A DNA stretch of 64,000 nucleotides from a virus, in the IMG/VR virus record IMGVR_UViG_3300030002_000008. One strand, 5' to 3'. Positions 26,538 to 35,963 of the stretch are shown in pieces (the first letter of the stretch is position 1; each line of letters starts with the position of its first letter). The notes beneath the pieces are model-generated. The model was not told where the DNA came from. It worked only from the letters and a program-made list of their open reading frames with translations, and did no database searches. The position numbers and the translations under genes were made by a program.

Positions 26538-28166
26538 TTAGTTAAACATATCTGCTAATAAATCGAGAGTACTTTCACTTACTTCATCACTTCCACCCAT
26601 AACGGCGTTGGCGATTCCTTTTTTTGTTTGAATTATTTGATAAACACGTTCGTCAATTGTATTTCTACCTGAGAAATACCGTGCTGTAACACTGTCCTTC
26701 TGTCCCATACGGTGTGCCCGGTCCTCGCATTGGCAACAATCTGCATCAGTCCAGGGAAACTCAACAAACGAAACATCTGAACTGGCGGTAAGCGTTAGAC
26801 CGACTCCGGCAGCTTTAATCGAGCAAATGATAATATTTGTTTTAGAACTATTTTGAAAACTATCAACGGCTCTCTGTTTTTGTTCTTGATTTTCCCTTCC
26901 TGTTACACATACGGACGATGGAAAAGCGTGTTTAAGTTGATCAACTACGATATGAAGAGAGCAAAATATAATCATCTTTTTTCCACTTAGCTGGAAGTCC
27001 TTTACGCAGTCTATAACCTCTTTTACTTTCCCTCTTGCAGTAATTTGTCTAAGTAGAGTTAACCGGACCATTGCAGCACTTTTGAGTGCATTTTTTATAT
27101 TTTTATCAGTTGCTTCTTTATACTTCTTAAGATATTCTTTCAAATTATTTTCAGCGAACTGGTATTCTTCACGGTTACTAATCTCAACTGTTACAAGTTG
27201 TCGAACTTTTGCGGGCAACTCTTTTAATACTTTTGCTTTTTCCCTTCGGAACATGCAATTTTCGTAAAGCATTGCGCTCAATACTTTCAAATTTGATGAT
27301 TCGGTAGGACCGGCACAGAATTGTTTTTGAAAATTAATGGATCCACCAAAATCATTAAGCCGGCCAATGATTGAAAGTTGTGGTACCAGGTCCTTTGGTT
27401 TATTTACAATCGGGGTTCCTGTTAATCCGATTACATAATCTTTCCCTTGTGCTATTCCTTTGCAATAATTACTTTGTTGAGTAGAAGAAGATTTACAGCG
27501 GTGTATTTCATCAATAATGACCGACTTAAAAATCTTCACATTCTCCTTAAAAATCACATTTTTGAGTGAAAAATGCTCTGATTGTTTTTCATGCAATACA
27601 AAGTATTTCTTCAAAGATTCGTAATTGACTATGAAAACCTGATAAATACCCTGGTTAAAGTAATAAGGCCAATTATCACGCATTTCATCGGTTAATATCA
27701 TTGCCTTTTTATCGGTAAACTTTGACCATTCACGCTCCCAATTGATCTTTAAAGAACTTGGACAAATAATAAGACAAGGGAATGATTGCGCTATGTTGAT
27801 TGTTGCAATGCTTTGCATACTTTTTCCAAGGCCAGGCTCATCGGCATTAATGCACCTCTTTAAAACAAGTCCTCTTGCTATTCCTTTGAGTTGATAGTCG
27901 CGCGGCTTTAGCTTTAATTGATGCGGAACCAATAAATCTGGCATTTCAGACTCAATACTTTTCTTTTGCCAATCAACCGGTCCAAATCCTTTAGCACATT
28001 CAGCGTAATGTTGAAGTTGAGCTAAAGAGGAGCGGGGTACATTCCAGGTCTTTAAACTTGGAATGTATTTTGCCCCCTCAATCTTCTTTATTTCACTTGA
28101 CAATCTTGGATGAAAGTCAAATTCAACAATATATAAATCCGTTGATATGTCAAGTTGTATAGTCAT
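26538..28166 (-). CDS. SNF2-family helicase #1 with ~90-aa N-terminal accessory domain
   Basis: 542 aa. DYQLKGIA...EPGLGKS (motif I), DEIHRCK (DEAH), GTPIVNKPKDL, helicase-C block ...CEDRAHRMGQ. The N-terminal domain YIVEFDFHPRLSSEIKKIEGAKYIPSLKTWNVPR is shared with SNF2 #2. Confidence 0.75.
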   Translation of the reverse strand: MTIQLDISTDLYIVEFDFHPRLSSEIKKIEGAKYIPSLKTWNVPRSSLAQLQHYAECAKGFGPVDWQKKSIESEMPDLLVPHQLKLKPRDYQLKGIARGLVLKRCINADEPGLGKSMQSIATINIAQSFPCLIICPSSLKINWEREWSKFTDKKAMILTDEMRDNWPYYFNQGIYQVFIVNYESLKKYFVLHEKQSEHFSLKNVIFKENVKIFKSVIIDEIHRCKSSSTQQSNYCKGIAQGKDYVIGLTGTPIVNKPKDLVPQLSIIGRLNDFGGSINFQKQFCAGPTESSNLKVLSAMLYENCMFRREKAKVLKELPAKVRQLVTVEISNREEYQFAENNLKEYLKKYKEATDKNIKNALKSAAMVRLTLLRQITARGKVKEVIDCVKDFQLSGKKMIIFCSLHIVVDQLKHAFPSSVCVTGRENQEQKQRAVDSFQNSSKTNIIICSIKAAGVGLTLTASSDVSFVEFPWTDADCCQCEDRAHRMGQKDSVTARYFSGRNTIDERVYQIIQTKKGIANAVMGGSDEVSESTLDLLADMFN

Positions 28167-28807
28167 TAGATAACAGGTTCGAGTACTAAACCTGATCCTT
28201 CAAGTACCGTTTCAAGTTCTTCAAGTTTTTTCTTTCTCTTGCCATGACCTTTAATGATAAGATTACCATTAATCCCTGAAGCAGCATTAGAAAGTTCAAT
28301 AGTCGCTTCGTTGGCTTTATCAAATTCAAATTCCTGTTGTTTTATACCGAACTTATCATGAAAAAGATATTGATCTACTTCGTACGAACACATTTGAACA
28401 TCCTGTCCAAGTTCTTCAGAGAATTCATAATCATCCTCGTACTTTGTAAAAGGAGCGATAAGATTCAGCACTTTTCCTGACTTGAGCAATTTTTGACCGA
28501 TAATTGTCACACCTTCATGTTCGTCAGTTCCACCAATCACATAACCTGTGATCACATAATTATCCAATTGACTGATATCAAAATCACTGATTGTAGCGTG
28601 AGAGATTAAACTCATTTCAGGCTGCTCACATAACATTACTAAATGCACTTTCATGCGATTAAACGAAGCGAGAAGATCAGCATGAATAATTCCGCTACAA
28701 TCCTTGTTAACGGTATTAATATCAGTTGCTGTGTTCTCTTTAAAGATCACGTTACAACGATCGTTTTTGATAGTCGCTTTACTAATTTCATTTTTTGTTA
28801 CTTCCAT
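28166..28807 (-). CDS. hypothetical protein co-transcribed with SNF2 #1
   Basis: 213 aa. Stop/start overlap with SNF2 #1. Confidence 0.3.
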   Translation of the reverse strand: MEVTKNEISKATIKNDRCNVIFKENTATDINTVNKDCSGIIHADLLASFNRMKVHLVMLCEQPEMSLISHATISDFDISQLDNYVITGYVIGGTDEHEGVTIIGQKLLKSGKVLNLIAPFTKYEDDYEFSEELGQDVQMCSYEVDQYLFHDKFGIKQQEFEFDKANEATIELSNAASGINGNLIIKGHGKRKKKLEELETVLEGSGLVLEPVI

Positions 28808-28835
28808 AAAATTTATTTTGTTTAAAATTGAATTG

Positions 28836-28959
28836 TGGTGTGTACAGGATTCGAACCTGCACGTGTTCCTTTTCCAGTTTATTACGAGGGCTCGAACCTC
28901 GTCACACGTTAGCTATATTTCAAGCCTACTGTTGCGTCTACCAATTCCGCCAACACACC
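28836..28959 (-). tRNA. atypical tRNA-like gene (~124 nt; class-II-type D-arm, canonical T-arm, perfectly paired 7-bp acceptor, extra internal hairpin)
   Basis: Minus strand reads GGTGTGT-TG-GCG-GAATTGGTAGA-CGC ... CGAGGTTCGAGCCCTCG ... GCAGGTTCGAATCCTGT-ACACACC-A. The 5' GGTGTGT pairs 7/7 with the 3' ACACACC. About 31 nt longer than any standard tRNA. Confidence 0.45.
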
Positions 28960-28965
28960 GATTTA

Positions 28966-29199
28966 CTAAATATCTAACCACATTGCATTTGAAAAAGCAG
29001 ATCGACCACAGACAGTACAGCATACACTACCACCACGTATCTCTTTTTCATACTTAACTTGATTATCGGGGGTATCAGGAACTTCTTCTTCATCTGAAAG
29101 AATTAGTACTAATCCATCCTCATTGCAAGTATGATCGGTAGGTTGTCCACCACACATGAAAGCTGTAGATGTTTCGCTTAATTGAATTATTTCACACAT
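28966..29199 (-). CDS. Cys-rich hypothetical protein
   Basis: 77 aa with 7 Cys (MCGGQ...HTC...CCTVCG). Confidence 0.3.
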   Translation of the reverse strand: MCEIIQLSETSTAFMCGGQPTDHTCNEDGLVLILSDEEEVPDTPDNQVKYEKEIRGGSVCCTVCGRSAFSNAMWLDI

Positions 29200-29209
29200 A
29201 ATTTTATTT

Positions 29210-29590
29210 TTAAAATTGAGCCCCCGATAACTTCATTTCTTCTTTTGCATAACTAAGTAAAGTTATCATAGATGCTGATTGATGTGTACAGCTTGCGTTT
29301 AACCGGTCCAACCAATCAACTAAATAACTTTCTTCAATACAGATACTTTTTAATAGCGCGCTTTGAACAGCAGCCGCTAAATGAGCCTCTTTTGCGATGC
29401 TAATAATAGTCTTTTGAATCTCTGAAGTTTTCTTTGTGTTCAAAACCATTTTTGCATCTGCCAACATTTTTCCTGTGCGTGCCGTATATACAGCCAGTTC
29501 CCGAATTCGTTGTTGAATTTCTGCCGGATTATCCGAACAATGGATTTCAAGATAATCTTGTATTTGCGTTGCTTCTTCGTTAAGTGTCAT
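29210..29590 (-). CDS. hypothetical protein
   Basis: 126 aa, helical. Confidence 0.3.
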   Translation of the reverse strand: MTLNEEATQIQDYLEIHCSDNPAEIQQRIRELAVYTARTGKMLADAKMVLNTKKTSEIQKTIISIAKEAHLAAAVQSALLKSICIEESYLVDWLDRLNASCTHQSASMITLLSYAKEEMKLSGAQF

Positions 29591-29713
29591 TTATAATTTG
29601 TTTATTTGTGTCTGACATTAAAATATCGATTACTTTAAAAATACTCTGATCTCCAGTGTCGCAAAAAGCTGAGTCGAGATGAAGCATTATCTGATCAAGT
29701 TCGCCGGTTGTAA

Positions 29714-29977
29714 TTAGTATCGTATTATCTGAATTTTTGACCATGTGAGCTGTTTTTCAAGATCCTTGTTCTTATTCGTTACTTCTACTATTTCACGCTG
29801 TAAACGCTCGCATTGACGTTTGTAATAGGCTTCATTCGTCTTGTGAATTTTACACTCTTTTTCAGCCTGATCAACTCTTGCAGTTACTGGATCGGTGAAC
29901 TTTCCGTCTCCGGCTTTATAGAACTTCTTTTTCTTTGTTGAAATTTCCTGAATTTCGAATGGGAATAGATCGCTCAT
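29714..29977 (-). CDS. hypothetical protein
   Basis: 87 aa, basic and coiled-coil. Confidence 0.3.
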   Translation of the reverse strand: MSDLFPFEIQEISTKKKKFYKAGDGKFTDPVTARVDQAEKECKIHKTNEAYYKRQCERLQREIVEVTNKNKDLEKQLTWSKIQIIRY

Positions 29978-29983
29978 AGGATT

Positions 29984-31672
29984 TTATTTTAATGAAAATA
30001 AATTTATAATTGAGTCAATAGTAGATTCTTCAGTATTATCAACAGCCCCCGTACATGCTGAACTCATTTCGCGCTTATCATTTATAACCTGGTAAATATC
30101 TTCATCAATCGTATTTTTACCTAAGAAATAAGATATCTGTACAGCGTTTTTCTGACTAATACGGTGACAACGGTCTTCACATTGATCGGTATCGGCTGAA
30201 TGCCATGGAAGCTCAATAAATGCCACGCGTGAAGCTGCTGTAAGGGTAATACCAACACCACCGGCTTTGTAGTTTACGAATATCAAATTATGATCGGTGG
30301 GAACAAATTCATGATCAGAATTAGAATGCCTTTCATATCGAGTATCACAGACAGTACAGCGTTGGAATTTATGTATATTAGTATTCCTTTTTTCTGAACT
30401 TTCCGAACCGGTATAAAATAATGCAGTTGGATAGTAGCTTCTTAGTACATCGGCCACCTCATTAAGATAGATGAACACGACAATCTTTTCACCGGATTCA
30501 AGTACATCATCAATATATTCCTTCACATCAGCAAGTTTTCCACGTGCCGAAATGTTTTTAAGTACTCCTATCTGAACCATTATTTTACCCTTCATACTTT
30601 TTGCAATCTGAGGTTCAGTTGCTTTTCGATATTCTCTCAAATAACTTTCAAGATCTGCCATTGCAGCATCGTATTCAGGTTGATTTGAAATATTGCAAAA
30701 TACCTTTTGTCGAAATTTATCAGGTAACTCTTTGAGTACATCTTTCTTTTCTCTTCTGAAATAGCATTTATTCCGGAGTATTGAATTAATTTCCGGCCAA
30801 CGCTCTTCATCGGCACACATTTCACGAAATGCAACGGATCCACCAAACTCTTTCAGTTTATCAATGATCATAAGTTGAAACATTAGATCAACCGGTTTAT
30901 TTACAATCGGGGTACCGCTGAGTAACTGGGTGAACTTACCTAATGCTATCCCGTAGGATAATTTACTTTGTCGTGTTGTTTTATCTTTTACCCTGTGACT
31001 TTCATCGATAATTACCGATTTGAAAACATTTATACTTGGAAGAAAATTAATGTGTTTAAGTAGCATTGTTTCCCCTTTTGGGGTCTCAATATTCAAAACG
31101 AAATACTTCTGTATTGATTCATAGTTGACGATAAATACATCATATACACCCATGTTATAAAATGTTTCCCAGGTGTGCTTTATTGAATCCGTAAGTATAA
31201 CCGGTTTATGATCGGAGCAAAGTTTCCATTCCATTTCCCAGTTCAATTTTAAAGAAGCCGGGCAAATAATAAGACAGGGAAATTCATTTTTAGCTATAAC
31301 CGTTGCGATGCTTTGAAGAGTCTTTCCAAGTCCAGGAGCATCCCCATTGATACAGCTACCGTGTTCAATCCCGTAAGCAATACCTTCTTTTTGATAATCG
31401 TAAGGTTTTAGCTTAAGATCAATATTTTGATTAAGCTTTGGCATTTCAGCAGGTGCATCGAAAACACGACGTTTTGAAATCTTTCCAGTCATATCAAAAG
31501 CATATTTCTGAGCGAACATCTGAACTTCAAATTCCCAACGGCGTGGAAGTTCCCAACGCTTCAATTTCGAATCATAATTTACATCCGGAAGTTTGGCTAC
31601 AGCTGCCGATATCTTCCGATCGTAATCAAACTGAATTAAATACTTATTTTCTTTTTCAACTACTATTCTCAT
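29984..31672 (-). CDS. SNF2-family helicase #2 (paralog of #1) with the same N-terminal accessory domain and a zinc-finger insertion
   Basis: Start placed at MRIVVEK (track ORF runs to 31702). DYQKEGIA...APGLGKT, DESHRVK, GTPIVNKPVDL, ...CEDRCHRISQ. N-terminal domain YLIQFDYDRKISAAVAKLPDVNYDSKLKRWELPR. Insertion CTVCDTRYERH. Confidence 0.75.
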   Translation of the reverse strand: MRIVVEKENKYLIQFDYDRKISAAVAKLPDVNYDSKLKRWELPRRWEFEVQMFAQKYAFDMTGKISKRRVFDAPAEMPKLNQNIDLKLKPYDYQKEGIAYGIEHGSCINGDAPGLGKTLQSIATVIAKNEFPCLIICPASLKLNWEMEWKLCSDHKPVILTDSIKHTWETFYNMGVYDVFIVNYESIQKYFVLNIETPKGETMLLKHINFLPSINVFKSVIIDESHRVKDKTTRQSKLSYGIALGKFTQLLSGTPIVNKPVDLMFQLMIIDKLKEFGGSVAFREMCADEERWPEINSILRNKCYFRREKKDVLKELPDKFRQKVFCNISNQPEYDAAMADLESYLREYRKATEPQIAKSMKGKIMVQIGVLKNISARGKLADVKEYIDDVLESGEKIVVFIYLNEVADVLRSYYPTALFYTGSESSEKRNTNIHKFQRCTVCDTRYERHSNSDHEFVPTDHNLIFVNYKAGGVGITLTAASRVAFIELPWHSADTDQCEDRCHRISQKNAVQISYFLGKNTIDEDIYQVINDKREMSSACTGAVDNTEESTIDSIINLFSLK

Positions 31673-32316
31673 GGTCTTCCGTTTCCAAAAAATAAATGCC
31701 ATTTGTAGGCTAATTCTAAATACTTTTGTTTCCCTTCTAAGTAGAAGTCTGATTCTTTATTTATAAATATTTTGAAGACTTTGTGATTTTTCTTCGAAAT
31801 TCCTATTATCACATCTCTATCAGCTCCTTCAATGTCCATATACCATGCACGTGAGCGATCGTATTGAAAGAATTTACAAGCTGCTTCAAACTGCATCTGT
31901 GTTTCGGCAGCCGTACTCTTTATATCGCCTCCCCATTTCCAGTCATCCCGCCAAATATCCCACTTACATCTCCGATCGAGTTCAAATTCAACACCATTAA
32001 AATTCATTAACGCATTGCGCTGGATACTTATTTTTTGTGCATTTGCTCCACTCATTAGGTCAGAACAGAAAGGATCCCGCCAAAAGGCTTGTTTCATTTT
32101 AATGGTATTCTCAAAAGTTGCCTTTTTATAAATCACATCTTCCCGGGTTCTTTTGAAATAATCAACCTTATAAGATTCGGTTATCATGGCATCAAGAAGA
32201 TTTCCATCGGCAAAGGCTTGTGTAGGATCCATCGGGTTTGATTTCGGATTGAGTTGGTCCAATAACCAACCCAAATCCGAATTTGATACTTCAGGACGTT
32301 TAAAATAAGCGTCCAT
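31669..32316 (-). CDS. putative PD-(D/E)xK-type nuclease (possible recombination exonuclease)
   Basis: 215 aa. ...FELDRRCKWDIW...GGDIKS...AWYMDIEGADRDV, weak D...D-x-K-like motifs. Confidence 0.25.
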   Translation of the reverse strand: MDAYFKRPEVSNSDLGWLLDQLNPKSNPMDPTQAFADGNLLDAMITESYKVDYFKRTREDVIYKKATFENTIKMKQAFWRDPFCSDLMSGANAQKISIQRNALMNFNGVEFELDRRCKWDIWRDDWKWGGDIKSTAAETQMQFEAACKFFQYDRSRAWYMDIEGADRDVIIGISKKNHKVFKIFINKESDFYLEGKQKYLELAYKWHLFFGNGRP

Positions 32317-32579
32317 TACTCAGTTGCTTTTTTGATTGCTTTATCAATAATGTTGTACGTGCTTGCGTTATCGTAGTTTACCCCAACTTTAAGCATTTCT
32401 GTCCTTGCAGACTTTAAAGCTTCAAGCAATTCAGGTGCAGCAGCGATAAGCTTTGCGTTGGCTTCCATTTCTTCTTTATCCATCCAATCTGACATCTCGC
32501 AGATTCCTGACAAACCATCAGCAATATCTACATCGACTCTATAGCCTAGATTAATCCAATCTCCTTGTGTGTGTTTCAT
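32316..32579 (-). CDS. hypothetical protein
   Basis: 87 aa. Confidence 0.3.
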   Translation of the reverse strand: MKHTQGDWINLGYRVDVDIADGLSGICEMSDWMDKEEMEANAKLIAAAPELLEALKSARTEMLKVGVNYDNASTYNIIDKAIKKATE

Positions 32580-32581
32580 AG

Positions 32582-34129
32582 TTATTTCGCTTTATAAACC
32601 GGTTCGTAAACAAGTAATTTACTTTCAATTGTCACATCGTTTTTGACAGCATACTTTTCGCAGAATGCCTTAATACGAGTGATTGACATGGATTCTATTT
32701 TGTCGTTGGTAAGGTTTTTACCTTCGTTTTCGAACCAAAAAGATATAAGTTGAAGATAACCGGCCGGATTCAGTACTTTGATATCATATCCCTCTTTTAC
32801 TTTTGGTGCTTCAGTAAATAAATCAGCCTGAGTATCAACCATTGCATTTACTGATTGTCCGGTTGCCTGAACAGTGGCAGCAGCTTCAGCTTTTAATTGT
32901 GATAACCTGGCTTCTTCCTTAAGTTTTTGCTTCTCCTCTTCTTTCCGAATACGTTCATTTTCTTCGTTTTCAGAAACAATACGTTGGCGTTCTTTTTCAG
33001 CGTTTATTGATTCAATACGTTCGGATTCTTTTTTTTCCATTGATTTTGCAAATTCAATCAAAGAAGGTATTTCTTTACATTCTTCTTTAATTGAAATAAA
33101 ATCATTTTCGAGTTCCGGAATTGATTTTGTAGGCGTTACAAATAGTTCCAAATTATTTGATTCACTCGGAATGACATATCCAGTTCTTGCATAAACAAGC
33201 TGTTCAAAAGCAATTTTTAATTTCTCAGTTTTTTCTTTTTGTTCTGTTTCTGCCTTCTGTCTTGCCTGTTCGGATGCTAAATCTGCGAGCCGTTGACGTT
33301 CTTTTTCTTCCTCTTTTGCCTTTATATCGGCTAGACGTTGACGTTCCACTTCTTCCAGTTGGTTTTTTTTCGAAGGAATCATATCGAGTAGTTCACGTTT
33401 GAATTCGGTAATTGATTTTTTAAAATCATCCATTGCCGTGTAGCAAAGTTGTTGAGCGATTTTTCCGGTAATCAATACTTTTTCTTCAGCAGTATGATGC
33501 CGAATAGCTAATTCTATTTGGACATAGAAAACAAATTGAGCATCGCTAAGATTATTATCAAATTTTTCTATTTCACTAGATGCAGTTTCGATATTGGAAA
33601 GAATAAGACCATTAAACCAGGCATTTTTTGTATTTTTAAAATTCATGATATATTCAGAACTTGCCTGAGCATATCCAATACGATAAAGTCTTTCGATTTC
33701 GATAGCTTCCTGTTCTTTGGCAAGCTTCAATTGAGCCTGTTTTTCTGCTTCCTGTCGTTCTTTCATGATCTTAGTTGCATAATCGTTCCGGAGTGATTGG
33801 AGCGTGTCAATAGGAGTGTTTAAATCATTTTCCAATGATGTAAATTCCTTAGCAACTAATGTCATCATTTGAGTAAATGAAGAACGTTTATCGTTCATTG
33901 CCTTTTTTGTCTTCTTTACCTTATCAATATAGGATGCAAGTTGAGCATCGATAATATCATTCATTCCCTGTTTTGCTAATGCAATTAACTCATTCCCTTT
34001 TTCAAGTGCTTTGGAGTATGATGTTTTGTTTTCTGCAAGAACTATTGGGGCTTGAGTCATAAGAGTTTTAAACTCTTCAATTTTTACTACGGATGTAGTT
34101 TCTGCGGGTAATGTTTGTGTTGTTTCCAT
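32582..34129 (-). CDS. large coiled-coil protein with internal KERQRLAD tandem repeat
   Basis: 515 aa. ...EEVERQRLADIKAKEEEKERQRLADLASEQ... The repeat is also visible at DNA level. Confidence 0.35.
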   Translation of the reverse strand: METTQTLPAETTSVVKIEEFKTLMTQAPIVLAENKTSYSKALEKGNELIALAKQGMNDIIDAQLASYIDKVKKTKKAMNDKRSSFTQMMTLVAKEFTSLENDLNTPIDTLQSLRNDYATKIMKERQEAEKQAQLKLAKEQEAIEIERLYRIGYAQASSEYIMNFKNTKNAWFNGLILSNIETASSEIEKFDNNLSDAQFVFYVQIELAIRHHTAEEKVLITGKIAQQLCYTAMDDFKKSITEFKRELLDMIPSKKNQLEEVERQRLADIKAKEEEKERQRLADLASEQARQKAETEQKEKTEKLKIAFEQLVYARTGYVIPSESNNLELFVTPTKSIPELENDFISIKEECKEIPSLIEFAKSMEKKESERIESINAEKERQRIVSENEENERIRKEEEKQKLKEEARLSQLKAEAAATVQATGQSVNAMVDTQADLFTEAPKVKEGYDIKVLNPAGYLQLISFWFENEGKNLTNDKIESMSITRIKAFCEKYAVKNDVTIESKLLVYEPVYKAK

Positions 34130-34989
34130 TAAAATATTTCCTCCTCATCTGTTTGGTTAGTAATTTGAATTGTTGCTGTTTTTTGTATTTCCTCAACGAA
34201 TGTTTTTGGCTGTATTTCTTCCTGCTCATCGCCTTCGAAAGATATATTCTCAGATACCTTCAGTTTGGTATAGGCCCTCATAGCATGTTTAATGCATTTT
34301 GCTTCCAAAAACCCAGGATCTATTTGGCCGTCATTCGCTTTGTAAAGAGAATTACCATCCTTTTGAGTTTTGGTTTTTGAGTAATTTGCTAACCTGGTAA
34401 TATCATCTTCTAATAGCCATTTAAAATCAAGTCCATTGTGAGGAAGGACAATACAGACATAAGCTCCAATAATTTTATTTGTCTTTCTTGGAATTGCAGG
34501 TAAGTAATCAACTTTAAGTTCTCCTCGTTCATTTGTACATGGTTGAAATTTATCTCCATCATAAATAACTATTGGATTATTCATTCGGATGATTTGTCCT
34601 GACTTGATCCTGAGATTAAGCTCTCCGTAAGCAGTTACTACCAACCGAGCCACTTTTACCCAATTATCACGACCTTCTTTAGGTTGGTTTGCGGCTCTTG
34701 CTTCGAGATAGGAATCTGACTTACTTCCAGGTTGTAGAGAAAGTCCGGTAATAGCAACTTCGAAAAAAGCGGAACACAATGAAATTCCGGTGCTTTCTTT
34801 TAACCAGTCATTTTGAGATACCAGTCTTTTGAAATACCTGGATTCGCGTTCGTATGTTGCTTCAGAATCTTCCGGAGTAAACCGGTGCATTCTTACCAGT
34901 GTATCAATGAATGAATCTTTGATTGGTTGCTGATCCACGAGCGTGGTTTTGTCGACTACATTAAAGTCGGGTTTTAATTTTTCTGACAT
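34129..34989 (-). CDS. putative single-strand annealing protein (RecT/Red-beta-like)
   Basis: 286 aa. Size and position next to the nuclease-like gene in an early operon. No diagnostic motif verified. Confidence 0.25.
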   Translation of the reverse strand: MSEKLKPDFNVVDKTTLVDQQPIKDSFIDTLVRMHRFTPEDSEATYERESRYFKRLVSQNDWLKESTGISLCSAFFEVAITGLSLQPGSKSDSYLEARAANQPKEGRDNWVKVARLVVTAYGELNLRIKSGQIIRMNNPIVIYDGDKFQPCTNERGELKVDYLPAIPRKTNKIIGAYVCIVLPHNGLDFKWLLEDDITRLANYSKTKTQKDGNSLYKANDGQIDPGFLEAKCIKHAMRAYTKLKVSENISFEGDEQEEIQPKTFVEEIQKTATIQITNQTDEEEIF

Positions 34990-35016
34990 GACTTTATTAT
35001 TAGGTAAATTGTTGAT

Positions 35017-35241
35017 TTAATTTTTTGAAGTATTTTCGTAAAAACTGATCAGTCGATCTACTGATATTTGTTTGATCTGCATGGTTTTGTAATTTTGAGA
35101 AGTATTGAAGAAGAAATATATTTGACGGGCATCTTGAAGTCTGTTTATCGCTCCAACTATCATTTCTGATATGCATCGTAATTTTATTGCTTTATTACGC
35201 ATTACAGAATTTATGTCTTTGTATTCATCAACTGATTTCAT
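35017..35241 (-). CDS. hypothetical early protein
   Basis: 74 aa. Confidence 0.25.
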   Translation of the reverse strand: MKSVDEYKDINSVMRNKAIKLRCISEMIVGAINRLQDARQIYFFFNTSQNYKTMQIKQISVDRLISFYENTSKN

Positions 35242-35331
35242 TATATTATATGAATTTAGTGTGCTGTTAGTTGAAGTAATATAAGCGTTAAAAATCCGAG
35301 AAAAAACAATGCGATAAGCGCATATTTAAGA

Positions 35332-35619
35332 CTATCTTTTTTCATTTTCAACTATTTTAGGTGATTTTATAAAAAGTCCTTTTTCATCCCGGTACCGGTG
35401 AAGCTTTGCTTCGAGATTCTCATTGACCTTAGTGAGCATTTTAGCTTTAAATTCCAGCGTTTTAATTTCGCTATTTACTTTGATAATCATTTTATCTCGA
35501 ATACTGATTTGCTCTTCCAGTTTCTCAATAATTGATTTTGATTCTTTAGCCAGGGACTTTTCAATAATTACAAAACAAACGATTAATAAAATTACTGATA
35601 GTACGTAGATTGCTGTCAT
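35332..35619 (-). CDS. membrane-anchored coiled-coil protein
   Basis: 95 aa. N-terminal TM (MTAIYVLSVILLIVCFVII) then coiled coil. Confidence 0.25.
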   Translation of the reverse strand: MTAIYVLSVILLIVCFVIIEKSLAKESKSIIEKLEEQISIRDKMIIKVNSEIKTLEFKAKMLTKVNENLEAKLHRYRDEKGLFIKSPKIVENEKR

Positions 35620-35623
35620 ACGA

Positions 35624-35866
35624 TTAGTTTTGAATTGAATAACTAACAGGGATTAAAGATCCGTTTTTGGCGAAATTGGTGAGTAGTTGCTCATAGGTTT
35701 CAAGCAACATTCCAGTAGTAGTAAATGAACCGGTTGTTTTACCGTCTACCATGGTCGTGGCTTGATTATTTGTCTTGTCTAATACAATTACACGATTCTT
35801 CTCAAAAGTGTGAATCATGCGGGTGTCTGTGTGAATTGTTGTCCACTGAAAATTAGGTTTTGCCAT
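35624..35866 (-). CDS. hypothetical early protein
   Basis: 80 aa. Confidence 0.25.
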   Translation of the reverse strand: MAKPNFQWTTIHTDTRMIHTFEKNRVIVLDKTNNQATTMVDGKTTGSFTTTGMLLETYEQLLTNFAKNGSLIPVSYSIQN

Positions 35867-35963
35867 TGTGATTAAGTTTATGTGAGTTTAATTGATTTTG
35901 GTAGGTTTGAAACTGACTTTGCGAGTTATATTTCAACACCCTGCAACACTTTGCCGGGGTACC

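Noticed and set aside
28836-28959. Interpreting the tRNA-like locus as two tandem tRNAs or as a prophage att-site tRNA fragment
   Set aside because: Two tRNAs cannot fit in 124 nt. The 5' and 3' acceptor halves pair 7/7 with each other, so they belong to one molecule rather than to an att duplication. It is kept as a single atypical tRNA-like gene.
32874-33796. Several plus-strand ORFs (106, 71, 92 aa) inside 32582-34129
   Set aside because: Antisense shadows of the 515-aa coiled-coil gene. They are produced by its GAA/AAG-rich repeats.
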